Shown here piece by piece: positions 20,505-40,239 of a DNA stretch of 64,000 nt. The position numbers and the translations under genes were made by a program. How positions within the stretch are numbered: the first letter of the stretch is position 1; each line of letters starts with the position of its first letter. The stretch is from the human T2T-CHM13v2.0 reference genome, Homo sapiens. The notes below the pieces were generated by a model. That model saw only the letters and a list, made by a program, of their open reading frames with translations. It had not been told where the DNA came from and searched no databases. The stretch lies in the NCBI RefSeq assembly GCF_009914755.1, contig NC_060948.1; one strand, 5' to 3'.

Positions 20505-22389
20505 GTAAACATGCTTTCTTTTTTAAAACAAAAATTTCAGTTTCTCACTCTTAATAATGAATAAAATATCAAGGCAGGAAATCAGTAAGGAAGGAGCAGA
20601 CTTGAATATTATGGAGCTGGCAGATATAGAACACTCCATCAAACAGCAGAGTTGAACATTAATAAACCTGGCAAATACAGAACGTTCCATCAAACAGCAG
20701 AGAACGCATAGACTTCTCTAGTTTGTACAAAACATTCTCAAGAACAGAGCATATTAGCGCACTAAACATGTCTTCACAATTTTAAGAAGACGGAGATCAT
20801 ATCAAGTCTCCTTTCAAATAACAATATTATGAAACTCTAACTCAGTATGAGATAACATAAGCTTAAACAAAAAAAGAATAAAAAATATTTAAAAGTAATA
20901 AAAAATGTAAAAAAAAATTGACACAAACAAAAATGGAAATACAACCTACCAAAACTGTGGGATTCAGCAAAGGCAGTTTCAGGAGGGAAATCTGAAATAA
21001 GAACTATCTAAATATTTTGAAAAATAACCTCCAAAAAAAAAGAAAAAACAACAGCCAACTTTCACTCAACTAACTAGAAAAAGAAGACCAAAGTTAGCAT
21101 AAGGAAAGAGCAGAAAAAATTAAATAGGGAATAAGATTAATAGAAAAATTTGATAAAATACAGAATTAGTTTTTGAAAAGATAAACAAAATTGAGAACCT
21201 GTGGCTGAATTATGAATAAAGAGGGAAGACTCAGATAAAATCAGAAGTGAGAAAGGAGACATCACAACTGATACCACATAAATACAGAGGATTACAAAAG
21301 ACTGCTATGAACAGTTACATACCAAGAAATTGGATAAACTTGAAGAGACAGATAAGTTCCCAGAAATATACAGCCTAGGAAAACTAAATCACGAAGAAAC
21401 AGAAAATCTGTATAGAACAATAATTAGTAAAGAGGTCAGATCAGGACTCAAAAACTTTCCAATAGAAAAGAGGACTTAGTGGCTTTGGTGGTAAATTTTA
21501 GTAAAGATATAAATAATAATTAATGCAAATCCTCAAACTCTAGTTTTTCTCAATTCGTTTAAGTAGGCCTGCATTACCTGATACAAAAAGCAGGCAAGGA
21601 CATCACAAGAAAAGAACATTGTAGGCCAATAACCCTGACAAACAGATGCAAAAACCTTTGACAACATTCTAGCAAAGTAAATTCAAAAGCAGAGTAAAAG
21701 GACTATACATAATAATGCTGTATAATTTAACCCTGAGATACAAGGATAGTTTTAATATGTGTAAATCAATAAATGTGATATACCATAGCAACAGAATGAA
21801 GGACAAAAACTGTGTAATCATCTCAACAGATATAGAAAAGCATTTGGTAAAATTCAACATCCTTTCATGCTAAAAACTCTGACTGAATTATGTATAGAAG
21901 AAATGTACCTCAATGTAATGAAGTAAAAAGGCCATAGATAAATTATATTCATGGTGAAAACATGAAAGCTTTTTCTTATAGATCAGAAAAAAACAAAGAC
22001 ATTTCTCTCACCAGTTCCATTCATCATAGTTTTAGAAGATATATTCAGAGCAATTAGGCAAGAAAAAAAAAGAACATTCAAATTAGAAAAGAAGTAAAAT
22101 TACAGATGACATAATTATTTACATAGAAAACCCTAAAGACTTTGCCCAAAAATTGTTAGAACTAAAAAGTAAATTCAATAAAGTTAGAGGTTACAACATG
22201 AACAATAAAAATTAATTGTGTTTCTGTATATTATCAGCAAATTATCTAGAAGAGAAATTAAGAAAACAATCCCATTTAGAGGAACATGAAAAAGAATAAA
22301 CTACTTAGAAATAAATTTATCAAAGAAAGTGAGAGATTTGTACAATGAAAACTAAAAATATTGATGAGTAAATTTTATAACAAATTTTA
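20505..22389 (+). mobile_element. Old L1M/L1MA ORF2 fragment (EN end to RT)
   Basis: Degenerate ORF2 sequence (ACAAATGGAAATACAACCTACCAAAAC-like, ATCATCTCAACAGATATAGAAAAGCATTTG). Confidence 0.82.
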
Positions 22390-22653
22390 GGCCAGGTGCA
22401 ATGACTGATGCCTGTATTCCCAACGCTTTGGGAGGCTGATGTGGCCAGATCACCTGAGGTCAAGAGTTCAAGACCAGCCTGGCCAATGTGGTGAAACTAT
22501 GGCAGCACAGGTCTGTAATCCCAGCTACTCAGCAGGCTGAGGCAGGAGAATGGTGTGAACCCAGGAGGCAGAGTTTGCAGTGAGCCGAGATTGCGCCACT
22601 GCACTCCAACCTGGGCTACAGGGCAAGACTCCGTCTCAAAAAAAAAAAAAAAA
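22390..22653 (+). mobile_element. Chimeric Alu (AluS left arm, AluY-like right arm, linker missing)
   Basis: Left arm CACCTGAGGTCAAGAGTTCAAGACCAGCCTGGCCAA; right arm GAATGGTGTGAACCCAGG...GATTGCGCCACT; no TSD. Confidence 0.85.
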
Positions 22654-25085
22654 CATTCCAGTGAAAAATTCCAGGACCAGACAAATTCACACCTGAATTC
22701 TATCAGACACTCAAAGAAGTGGTACCAATCTTATTGACACTATTCTGCAAAACACAGAAAAAGGGAATCTTCTCTAAATCATTCTATGAAGCCAGTATCA
22801 CCCTAAAACCAAAACCAGGGAAGGACTTAAACAGTTCCTGATGAACATAGACGCAAAAATCCTCAACAAAACTCAAGCAAACCAAATCCAACAACATATC
22901 AAAAAGATAACCCACCAGGATCAAATGGGTTTCATACAAGGGATGCAGGGATGGTTTAACATACATAAGTCAATAAATGTGATGCACCACATAAACAGAT
23001 TTAAAAGCAAAAATCACATGATTGTCTCAATAGATGCAGAAAAAGCATTTGACAAAATCCAGCATCGCTTAATGGTTAAAATTCTCCACAAAGTCAGCAT
23101 AGAAGGGACATATTTAAGGTAATAAAAGTTAACTACGAGAAACCCACAGCCATCATTATACTGAACAGGGAAAAGTTGAAATCATTCCCCCGGAGAACTG
23201 AAACCAGACAAAGATGGCCACTCTCACCACTTCTATTTAACACGTACTAGATGTTCTAAACAGTGCAATCAGAAAAGAGAAAGAAGTAAAGGGCATCCAA
23301 ATTGGTAAACAGGAAGTCAAACTCTTGCTGTTTTCCTGATGATATGATCATATACCTAGAAAACCCTGAAGACACATCGAAAAAGCTCCTAGAACTGGTA
23401 ATGAATTCACAAAAGTTTCACATTACAAAATTAATGTAAATAAATCAGTAGCTCTGCTATACACCAAGAGCAAGCAAGCCAAGAATCAAATCAAGACCTC
23501 AATCCCTTTTACTACAGCAGCAAAAAATAAAATAAAATACTTAAGAATATACCTAACCCAGGACATGAAACACCTCAGCAAGGAAAACTGCAAAACACTG
23601 CTTAAAAAAAAATTCATAGATGACACAAACAAGTGGGAACATATCTGATGTTTATGGATGAGTAGGGTCAATATTGTGAAAATTACCATACTGCCAAAGC
23701 AATCTACAAATCCAATGTAATTCCCATCAAAACATCACCATCATTCTCATGGAACTAGAAAAAATTCTAAAATTAATATGGAACCAAAAAAATAGCCTAC
23801 ATAGCTAAAGCAAAACTAAACAATAACAAATCTGAAGCATCACATTACTTTACTTCAACCAATACTGTAAGGCCATACTCACCAAAACAGCACGGTACTG
23901 GTATAAAAATAGGCACATAGACCAACAGAACAGGTTAGAGAACCCAGCAATAAAGCCAAATACTTATAGCCAACTGATATTTGACAAAGCCAAGAAAAAC
24001 ATAGAGTGGGGAAAGGACACCCTATTGAAAAAAGCTTGCGGGAATAGTTGGTAAGCCACATGTAGAAGAATGAAACTGGATTCTTATCTCTACCTTATAC
24101 AAAAATCAACTTGTGATGAATCAAAGACTTAAATCTAAGTCCTAAAACCATAAAGACTCTGGAAGACAACATCGAACAACCTTCTAGACATTGGCTTAGG
24201 CAAAGACTTTATGACCAAGAACACAAAAGCAAATGAAATAACAACAAAAATGTAAATACATAGGGCTTAATTAAACTAAAAACATTCTGCACCACAAAAA
24301 GAATAATCAGCAGACAACCCACAGAATAGGAGAAAATTTTCATAACCTATGTATTCAACAATGGACTAATATATATAATCTACAAAGAACTCAAAGAAAT
24401 CCCATGAAAAAGTGGGCTAAGACATGAACAGATAATTCTCAAAAGAAGATATACAGGTGGCCAAGAAGTATATGGGGAAATGCTCAAGCATTTTATCAAT
24501 TTATATTGTCCCTGATATCAATTTATCAGGGAAATGCAAATCAAAACCACCATTCGATACCACCTCACTTCTGTAAGAATGGCCATAATCAAAAAATCAA
24601 AAAATAATAGATGTTAGTGTGGATGCGGTGAAAAGGAACACATTTACACTGTTGGTGGGAATGTAAACTAGCACAGCCACTACAGAAAACAGTGTGGAGA
24701 TTCCTTAAAGAAGTAAAAGTAGATCTATTGTTTGATTCAGCAATCCCACTGCTAGCTGTCTACTCAGAGGAAAGGGTGTTATTACATAAAAAAGATACTT
24801 GCACATGCATGTTTATAGCAGCAAAATTTGCAATGTAAAAATATGGAACCAGCCCAAGTGCCTGTCAATCAATGAGCAGATAAGTAAAATGCAGTATATA
24901 CACAGCATGGAATATGACTCAGCCATAAAAAGAAATGAAATAATGGTATTTGCAGCAACCTGGATAAAATTGGAGACTATTATTCTAAGTGAAGTAACTC
25001 AGGAATAGGAAACCAAGCATTTATGTTCTCACTTATATGTGGGAACTAAGTGATAAGGACACAAAGGCATAAGAATGAGACATTG
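22654..25085 (+). mobile_element. L1PB1-like ORF2 to 3'UTR fragment
   Basis: RT remnant at 22841-23122 '[10 protein letters not shown]...[13 protein letters not shown]'; 3'UTR GGACACAAAGGCATAAGAATGA, cut off by an Alu. Confidence 0.88.
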
Positions 25086-25393
25086 GGCTAGCTGTCATAG
25101 TTCATGCCTGTAATCCCAGCAATTAGGGAGGATGAGGCAGGTGGATCATCTGAGGCCAAGAGTTCGAGGCCAGCTTGGCCATCATGGTGAAACTCTATCT
25201 CTACTAAAAAAATAAAAAAATAGCCAAGTGTGGTGGCAAGTGCCTATAATCCCAGCTGCTCAGGAGGCTGAGCCAAGAGTATCACTTGAGCCCAGGAGGT
25301 GGAGGTTGCAGTGAGCTGATATCGAGCCACTGCACTCCAGCCTGGGCAACAGAGTGAGACTCCATCTCAAAAAAAAAAAAAAAAAAAAAAAAA
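25086..25393 (+). mobile_element. Alu (S/J-like), no TSD
   Basis: Full two-arm Alu with poly-A; the two flanks are unrelated repeats. Confidence 0.9.
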
Positions 25394-25505
25394 GGATCTT
25401 GTCATTGGCTTAAGGACCATCCTACTCCACAATGACATTATTCTGAGATCCTTGTCTTAATTGTATCTGTAAAGATCTTTATTCTAAATATAGTTACATT
25501 CTGTA
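25394..25505 (-). mobile_element. MLT1-type MaLR LTR fragment
   Basis: GTCATTGGCTTAAGGACCATCC...GATCCTTGTCTTAATTGTATCTGTAAAGATCTTTATTCTAAATA resembles MLT1 LTRs. Confidence 0.55.
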
Positions 25506-25529
25506 ATTTGAGCATTAAAATAAAAGCAC

Positions 25530-27395
25530 AATGGGGTTCCCTTAAAGCACTAACCTGCTCTTTAACAAAAAATTATAAAGGGTTAAAAAGATCCTATAAA
25601 AATCTTACCTTATGCTCAAACATTAAAATTGGGTAAATGTGTCTACAAGATTTTATTAATAATTGAGTTTAACATTAATAGCACACTAATATAAAGGTAA
25701 AATTTGGCTTATTTGGTGTAAGGTCATACAGGAAGCATTGTCAAATATAAAATGGTGTTTGGCTTTCTTTGAGCTACATTTATATAAATACATTATTGAT
25801 ATGTGTCCCAAAGTTATGGGAGACTCCTGTAATTCTGATATATCTTAATGTTTGTTATCAGTAATAATTATAATGTATGTTAAAATTATTGTGTGCCACA
25901 GAGGTATCAGATTTCTTTGTCAGTTGTGACTTCAACTATGGCTGCCCTAAAATTTTTGTTTTAATTTAATTAATTAATTTATTTCTAAATGAATCCATGA
26001 TACAGCACAGGATGATTTTATAGAATCTAGAATATTTTACCAAAAATTCTTAAAAGTGGTCTGGGCCAGGCGCGGTGGCTCAGGCCTGTAATCCCAGCAC
26101 TTTGGGAGGCCAAGGTGGGTGGATCGCAAGTTCAGGAGATCTAGACCATCTTGGCTAACACAGTGAAACCCCGTCTCTACTAAAAATACAAAAAATTAGC
26201 CGGGCACAGTGGCGTGCACCTGTAGTCCCACCTACTCAGGAGGCTGAGGCAGGAGAATGGCATGAACCCAGGAGGTGGAGCTTGCAGTGAGCCGAGATAG
26301 TGCCACTGCAGTCCGGCCTGGGTGAAAGAGCGAGACTCCGTCTCAAAAAAAAAAAAAAAGTGGTCTCTATTGTTGTGAATATAATAAGTGAGCATGTATT
26401 TTATATTCTAGTACCTTTTATGAATATAAATAAAATTAGCTACTACTACTAATAATAATTGTTATTATTATTGCTATGTTAAAATTATTATATAACACAA
26501 AGGTAACAGATATCCTTGTCAATGTAACTTTATGGCTACCCTAAAATTTTTTGTCACCCACAAACAATTGTTGTCTTGTTTTTTGTCCTCTAGAGACTGA
26601 AGTAATCTTTTTGACTTTTTGAGTATTTTTAAGTTATGGCAATATAGTAACTGATCTGTGGTAAGTAAAGAATGTCATTTCTGACAGGCCAGGAACCCCA
26701 AGTTATCTTGAAACCTGAAGAGGAAAGCACACCCAGCTCATAGGTATTTAATGGTATAATTCCATGGCTGGACTCAGCTTTAAAAAGTCTTATTTCAGAT
26801 TTCTTTCGTGGAACAAAGTTCCATCATTGCCAATTTAAAAGGCCTATGTAACAAATAATTTGTCTTGCTTTACACTGCATGCAAATAATTAAACCAAGTG
26901 TAATAAAGCAAACCAGTCCCACCATGATTTGTCTTTTAATAATGGTTACTAAGAGAAAATAACACATGGGCTTTTCCAAACATGTACCTCTGCCTCTCAT
27001 TAGGCAAGGAATGTTGTTTCTATCTCAACCAATCAGGCCTAATAAGAAACACTGCTAAATAACTTAAAGAAAGGGCCAGAAAGCTAAGGAAATACCAAAA
27101 TGACCAAATAGATTCTTGGTTTGGGAATGAAATCATAGCATCGGTCATCCCATTTCCGGGCCCTCTCCTGATGATATGCCTATGACTAATGTTCTTACCC
27201 TGCCTAATTAACCTTTTACAAAGATTTTTGATGAAGAGGATCATGTCCATTTCACAGACAACTACCCAAAACATCTACAGATGATGTTACTCCTACAGTC
27301 AACTGAGACCAGAAAACTCTCCGTGCCCTGTCAGCAGGAAGTAGCCAGAAAGAACATGTGGCTCCTCGTCCTTTTTATAACTATAAGGTTTAGAT
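25530..27395 (+). mobile_element. ERV1 (MER4-group, LTR19-associated) internal 3' region with env TM remnant
   Basis: AT-rich MER4-group internal text. From 26991 it translates CLSLGKECCFYLNQSGLIRNTAK*LKERARK...PGPLLMICL*LMFLPCLINLL (CX6CC motif plus membrane anchor, with stops). Confidence 0.8.
26064..26359 (+). mobile_element. AluY
   Basis: AluY diagnostics; TSD AAAAGTGGTCT at a TT/AAAA site. Confidence 0.94.
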
Positions 27396-27879
27396 TGACA
27401 GAGCAGGAGCATAGCCATCTTGGACAAGCACCAACATTTTAAAGCTCCCCTTGATCAAAAACTGCCTAAATCCAACCCACAGGGCCTCAGCCTAATGGTT
27501 AACATAAGCATGACCATAAACCAATAATGGTATCTCTGACCAAAAACATTCCAACCCTAAGAAAACCACCCCCCAGCCAGAGACAGTCTGGCCCCAAGAT
27601 AACATTTCCTCTGGCCACAGAGATGTCAGCCCCTAGATAACCTCTACTCTGACCAGAGACATTCCAAGCCCTCAATAAAGTTCTCCTCCACACAGAAACA
27701 TTCCAAGCCTCTGATAAACTCTCTCACCCTAAAACCCTAAAATACTCTTAGCCTGTAAGAGGGAGTGCTCCTGATTGAAATTGGCCAGACGCCCCCCTCA
27801 GGTTTATTCTCCAAAATAAACCTGTCTTTGACTGTTGAGCCACTTTTAATGTTTCTTTCCTCTTTCTTTAATTCTTAAA
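27396..27879 (+). mobile_element. LTR19-type ERV1 3' LTR
   Basis: TGACAGAGCAGGAGCATAGCCATCTTGGACAAGC...AATAAACCTGTCTTTGACTG...CTTTAATTCTTA; homologous to 46317-46813 and 57240-57737. Confidence 0.8.
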
Positions 27880-27885
27880 ATTACA

Positions 27886-28186
27886 GGCCATGTGCAGTGG
27901 CTCACACTTGTAATCCCAGCACTTTGGGAGGCCAAGGTGAGTGGATCACTAGGTCAGGAATTCGAGACCATCCTGGCTAACACAGTGAAACCTCGTCTCT
28001 ACTAAAAATACAAAAAAATTAGCCGGGCATGGTGGCAGATGCCTCCATGTAGTAGTCGCAGCTACTCAGGAGGCTGAGGAAGGAGAATGGTGTGAACCTG
28101 GGAGGCAGAGCTTGCAGTGAGCCAAAATTGCACCACTGCACTCCAGCCTGGGTGACAGAGCAAGACTCTGTCTCAAAAAAAAAAAA
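27886..28186 (+). mobile_element. AluY-like
   Basis: GAGACCATCCTGGCTAACACAG and GAATGGTGTGAACC; TSD AAAATTACA. Confidence 0.92.
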
Positions 28187-29009
28187 TTACAATATTTTTA
28201 TCTGTAAGTTATGAAAAATAAGCTTTTTACATTTTTGAATAACACATTTCCATAGTCAAAAATTCAAAAACAAAAATAACATGTAATAAAAATTTTATGC
28301 CCACACTTCCCCAATGTCTGCCATGTTGCTGTATATGTTTTACATTTTCTTTTTGCAAAACCAGGAATATAGTAATATATATGTCATTTCTCCGTCCCCA
28401 TTTTTACATAATATTGTATTCAACATTCTTGTCCTTAATTTTCCCTGTAACAATATATCTTGGATATCTCTTCATATCAATACATAGGCAACATTTTGAT
28501 CTTTACTTATTGAATGCATTCTGTAATTTCCAAATATTTACAGATAAATGTATCAATTGATTTATTCTTCAATTGTGCTATAGTCAGAAATTATAATTAA
28601 TATTTCTAAGTCTGTTGAGATTCACTCTGTATTAAAAATTACTTTGTAAAGTAGTATGTGATCAGTATCTGTAAATGTTTAATATGCACATAAAAACATA
28701 TAATCTTATTTGTTTTATTTATATATATTCTCTAAAAGTTAGATACAGGAGATTTATATATATTTATAATACCATAATGATGTGTTTCAATCTTTTTACT
28801 ATTTACCACTTTTTATTAATAGTTTCATTAATAAACTATTAATAATGGGATGGTAGTTATAAAATATGTACATTTTATTTTCTCTTGCAATTCTCTAAAT
28901 TATTTTGTGTGTTTTGAGTTAGACGATTACTTGCATCTAGACTTAGAATGTTGTTTTTATCCTAGTAAATTGTTTATTGGTATATAAGAAACAGTATATT
29001 TTCCCAAGT

Positions 29010-29090
29010 AAATTCAACAAGTATTGATTGAGTATTTCATATATGCCAGACTTGCAGACCCTGGGATAAAGCAGTAAACAAGATAGAAAA
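29010..29090 (-). mobile_element. L2 3'-end fragment
   Basis: ATTCAACAAGTATTGATTGAGTA...CTGGGATAAAGCAGTAAACAAGATAGA matches the reverse complement of the L2 tail. Confidence 0.65.
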
Positions 29091-29098
29091 GAAATGCT

Positions 29099-29456
<358 letters not shown>

Positions 29457-29894
29457 TTAATTTACTGTCTAAATGTTAGATACAGGAAATTATATCTATA
29501 TTTATAATATCAAAATGATGTTGTTTAATCCACTTTTTGATATTTGTAAGATATATCTTTATCTCAATATTTCAGCCTTCTTGTTTTAAATGTTACTCTT
29601 AGGAATAAAATATAACTCAACTTGATTTTAACCAACCAGAGAGTCTCTCTTTTAACCTATGAGCTTAGCCACTTACATTAATTACAATTCCTGGTATGCT
29701 TTAGAATTATTTCCAGCAGGTTGCTATGGCTGTTCAAATATTTTGTCAAGTTGTTTTATTATTATTTTTTGCCCTGCCTTTTAATTTATTGAACCAATCT
29801 TCTTTCTTTCTTTTTCCCTTGCTAGTGATTTGGAAGTTGTAAATTCTATTTCTAACAGTTAAATGGATATCCTTAAAAGTTTAGTAGCAACACA

Positions 29895-36178
<6,284 letters not shown>

Positions 36179-36405
36179 AAAAGTTTAGTAACAACACAAA
36201 ACTTAGCAAAGTGTAAAACAAATAAATATCTCTACATTATAACCAAATTATGAGAGACTTAGGATGTTCTAACTTCAGTACCTTCTCTTACTTTTTATGT
36301 TGCTGTTACTTAATATTTTGTACACTTTACTTAATATGTTTCAACTTCATTATAACTATCAGTATACTTTTCTTTGTGAAACAAGTTTTTTATTGGTTTT
36401 AGTAA

Positions 36406-36702
<297 letters not shown>

Positions 36703-36714
36703 GATTTTGGTAAT

Positions 36715-37860
36715 TGTTTATTATTGTAAATTATATATAACATAAATTTTTACCATTTTAACCATTTTTAAGTGTTAAATTCAGTGGCATTGTTTATACA
36801 TGGTATAGTACAAACACTCCATTTTCTTGAACTTTTTCATCATCTCAAACTCTGTACCTATAAACCAGTAGCTCCTCATAACTCTGCCCAATCCCCTGGT
36901 AAACTCTATGCCTGTCACTCTGAATTTGCCTATTCTGTATACATATGTTACATACATAGAATCATACAATATTTTGTGTCTGGGTTACTTCTCTTAGCAA
37001 AATTTTTTCTAGGTTGACACACTTTGAAATATGTATCAGAATTTCATTTTTTAAGGTTGAATTATATCTTACTGCATGTATAGACCACATTTTGTTGTTT
37101 ATCCATTCATCTGTTGTTGAACATTTTGATTGTCTTCACCTTCTATCTTGAATAATGCTGCTCAGTGTACAAGAATGTGTTTGAGTTCTTGCTTTTAATT
37201 ATTTGGGGTTTATATCTACAAGTGTAAGAGCTGGATTATGTGGTCATTTTATGTTTAACTTATTGAAAAACCTTCAAACTGAACAAGTTGGTTCCTGCAG
37301 TCTTTTACGTTCCCATCAGCAATGTGTGTGATCCAATTATTCCACATTCTGGTCAACACTTGTTACTTCCTGTTTTGTTTAGTTTTTATTATAGTCATTT
37401 AAATATGTGATGATTGTGGCTTTGATTTGCATTTTCTTGATAAATGATGTTGAGCACATTTTCACATGCTTATTGGGCATTTATATGTCTTCTTTGAAAA
37501 AGTGTCTATTCAAGTTTTTTGCCCTTTTTAAAAATTGGATTGTTGTTTAATTGTAGCAGTTCTTTATATATGGTAGGTATTAATTTGTTACCAGATATAA
37601 AACTTGTAAATGTTTTCTTTCATTTACAGACTATCTTTTCACTCTCTTGATAGTGTTCTTTGTTGCAATATCAATTTTGATAAAGTCCAATTTAGCTATT
37701 CATTTTTGTTTGATGCCTCTCTTTTTGGTGTCATATCCAAGAAGGCACTGACAAATTGATGGTCATGAAGATTTTACCTGATGTTTTATTCTAAAAGTTT
37801 TTTAAAAATAGTTTTAATTCCTACATTTAAACTTTTGAAACATTTGAGTTAATTTATATT
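36715..37860 (-). mobile_element. L1MB-type 3' fragment
   Basis: TACCATTTTAACCATTTTTAAGTGT...TTCAGTGGCATT 3'-end signature followed by antisense ORF2 C-terminal text. Confidence 0.82.
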
Positions 37861-39646
37861 ATTATGTTTTTACATAACAAAATTTATTTAGATTTGTATA
37901 TACATTAATTTTGTCTTCTTACCTTTCCCTTTGCATCTCAAATGTTGCTGGGCTTAACTTTCTCCGTTATTAAGTATTTTACAAGTTCTCTCAGTAAATT
38001 TTGATTAGTGTTAAATTTTTTTCAAGCTATGAAGTATCTTTTTTTTTCCCAAAGCCTCAATTTAGAATGAAAGCTTAACAATATATAGACATATGCTCAT
38101 TCCTTATTTTCTCTCAACTCCTTGAAGATATTTGAATATCTTCTACTTTTAAACGATTAATATTGAGAAATCTCTTGTTAAGTATAATGGTATTGCTTTG
38201 CGGATAAACTGACTTTTTTAACCCAGCTGGAGTTATCCCGTTTCTCTTTGCTGACTGCAATTTCAGTATAATAGGGGAATTGTGAAAAGCTTTTTTCCTA
38301 AATCTGAGAAAAATATTCTTTATTCATTCTGCCAAATTCTGAGAAATTATCCTTTCAAATGCAACCTCTCTCCAATTCTATTTTCCTTTTCTATTAAATA
38401 TAACTACTGTTAATGTATATCATATTTTCTACCTTTCATTCTCTTACTATGCTTTCATAATTTCATTTTTTCTTTCTGAGCTGCATACTTGTAAATACTA
38501 CATATGTATTATTTCTAAATTAACCTTTTATTTTAAAATAGTTTTAAATTTACAAATAAAGTTACAAAATAGTACTTTTTATTGAATATTTAGTCTCTTT
38601 AATTATTAACAATTATCATAATTTGTGATCCACTGTAGTCCCCAGCACCCATGACACACCTACTGAGGGCTCTTGTAACCTCTGACTGGGCCCCTAGCCA
38701 TGCAGGCTACTGCCGGCCAAGAGAGCAGATACCCTTTGGAATAACATAATTTCCACATATCTCATGTCCCCACAAAACACTGAATCAAGTCAATGAGCCT
38801 GAATTAGCCAGACCTGTTTGTGAAATAAATAACAAATATTGTTAAATAAATAAATAAAAATAAAATATCATCATGAAACCTGAAGTTACATAGACCTCTT
38901 TCTATAATTTTCCATTTTAATTTTACATTAATAATTCTTGTGATTTATTTTTGCAAAAGGCATAGAGTCTACTATTATTCTCAAACTTATTTTTTAGTTA
39001 ATTAACCTTTTCTTAATTCAAACCTTATTTATAATTTCTCCATATAATTTCTTAAATTTAATGACTATAATTTTCTTTTGGTAAAATTTTCATTAGTATA
39101 AAAAAACTCACTATTTTTAAAAGTCATACCTTATTTCTTTTCCATGTTTAAAATTTTTACATTGTATAAATGTTTTTACATTAAATCTACTTCTATTGGA
39201 ATGTAGAAATGTTTCCAAATTTACTGCTGTGAAATTTTCTTCAGAAATTTCTATTATTTAAAATTCTAACAGGCACAATATTTGGAGTTTCAGCAGTGAG
39301 TAAGACAAAGAACAAGATAGGCGAGACAGTGAAGTAGGATTGAAACCTGAAAGTCACCAAGGACAAGAGAAAAAGGTTCTAGGCAAGAGGGTTGTGAGGT
39401 GGAAATATGCACAGATGACTGACTAAAGGCATTACAAGCATACATTATCCACTTAAGAGAACAAAAATCATGTGTAGATAATCAAACTTTAAATACATTA
39501 TCCAAGACAGTATACATGAATTTAACAGAAAAACAATAGAAAAAACCAGAAACTAGGAAGGGGAGGAAAGAGGCAGCCTGCTTGGCTTGAACTGGCTGAG
39601 ACCTGGGAGTGACTTCCTAATGTGGAGGGAGGGTGAGCTAGAACGG

Positions 39647-40236
39647 TGTTTTTGTTTGTTTTGAGACGAAGTCTCGCTCTTTTCCCCCAGGCTGTAGTGC
39701 TAGGCTCACTGCAACCTCCACCTCCCGGGTTCAAGCGATTCTCCTGCCTCAGCCTGGGATTACAGGCGCCTGCCACCATGCCCGGCTATTTTTTTTGTTT
39801 TTGAGACGGAGTCTCGCTCCCTCGCCCGGGCTGGAGTGCAGTGGTGTGATCTCGGCTCACTGCAAGCTCCGCCTCCCGGGTTCACGCCTTCACGCCATTC
39901 TTCTGCCTCAGACTCTGGAGTAGCTGGGACTACAGGCACCCGCCACCATATCCGGCTAATTTTTTGTATCTTTTTTCTTTCTTTTTCTTTTTTAGTAGAA
40001 ACGGGGTTTCACCGTGTTACCGAGGATGGTCTCGATTTCCTGACTTCGTGATCCGCCCGCCTCGGCCTCTCGAATTGCTGGGATTACAGGTGAGCCACCG
40101 TGTCATGCCAGTTTTGTATTTTTAGTAGAGATGGGGTTTTGCCATGTTGGCCAGGCTAGTCTGGAACTCCTGACCTCAGGTGATCCGCCCGCCGCGGCCT
40201 GCCAGAGTGCTGGGTTTACAGGCGTGAGCCACCACG
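39647..40236 (-). mobile_element. AluS with an AluY (about 39789-40109) nested in its central A-rich linker
   Basis: Right arm 39647-39788, a complete AluY, then TTTTGTATTTTTAGTAGAG and the left arm to 40236. Confidence 0.9.
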
Positions 40237-40239
40237 TTT

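Noticed and set aside
26991-27330. env TM remnant as a domesticated syncytin-like gene
   Set aside because: Only the C-terminal TM part is present, with in-frame stops and no SU, fusion peptide or start context; the same applies to 57740-58140.
27530-27720. Short repeated units (GACCAGAGAC/ACATTCCAA/AGATAACC) resembling a repeat-spacer array
   Set aside because: They are internal U3 repeats shared by all three LTR19 copies; irregular, eukaryotic context, no cas genes, so not CRISPR.
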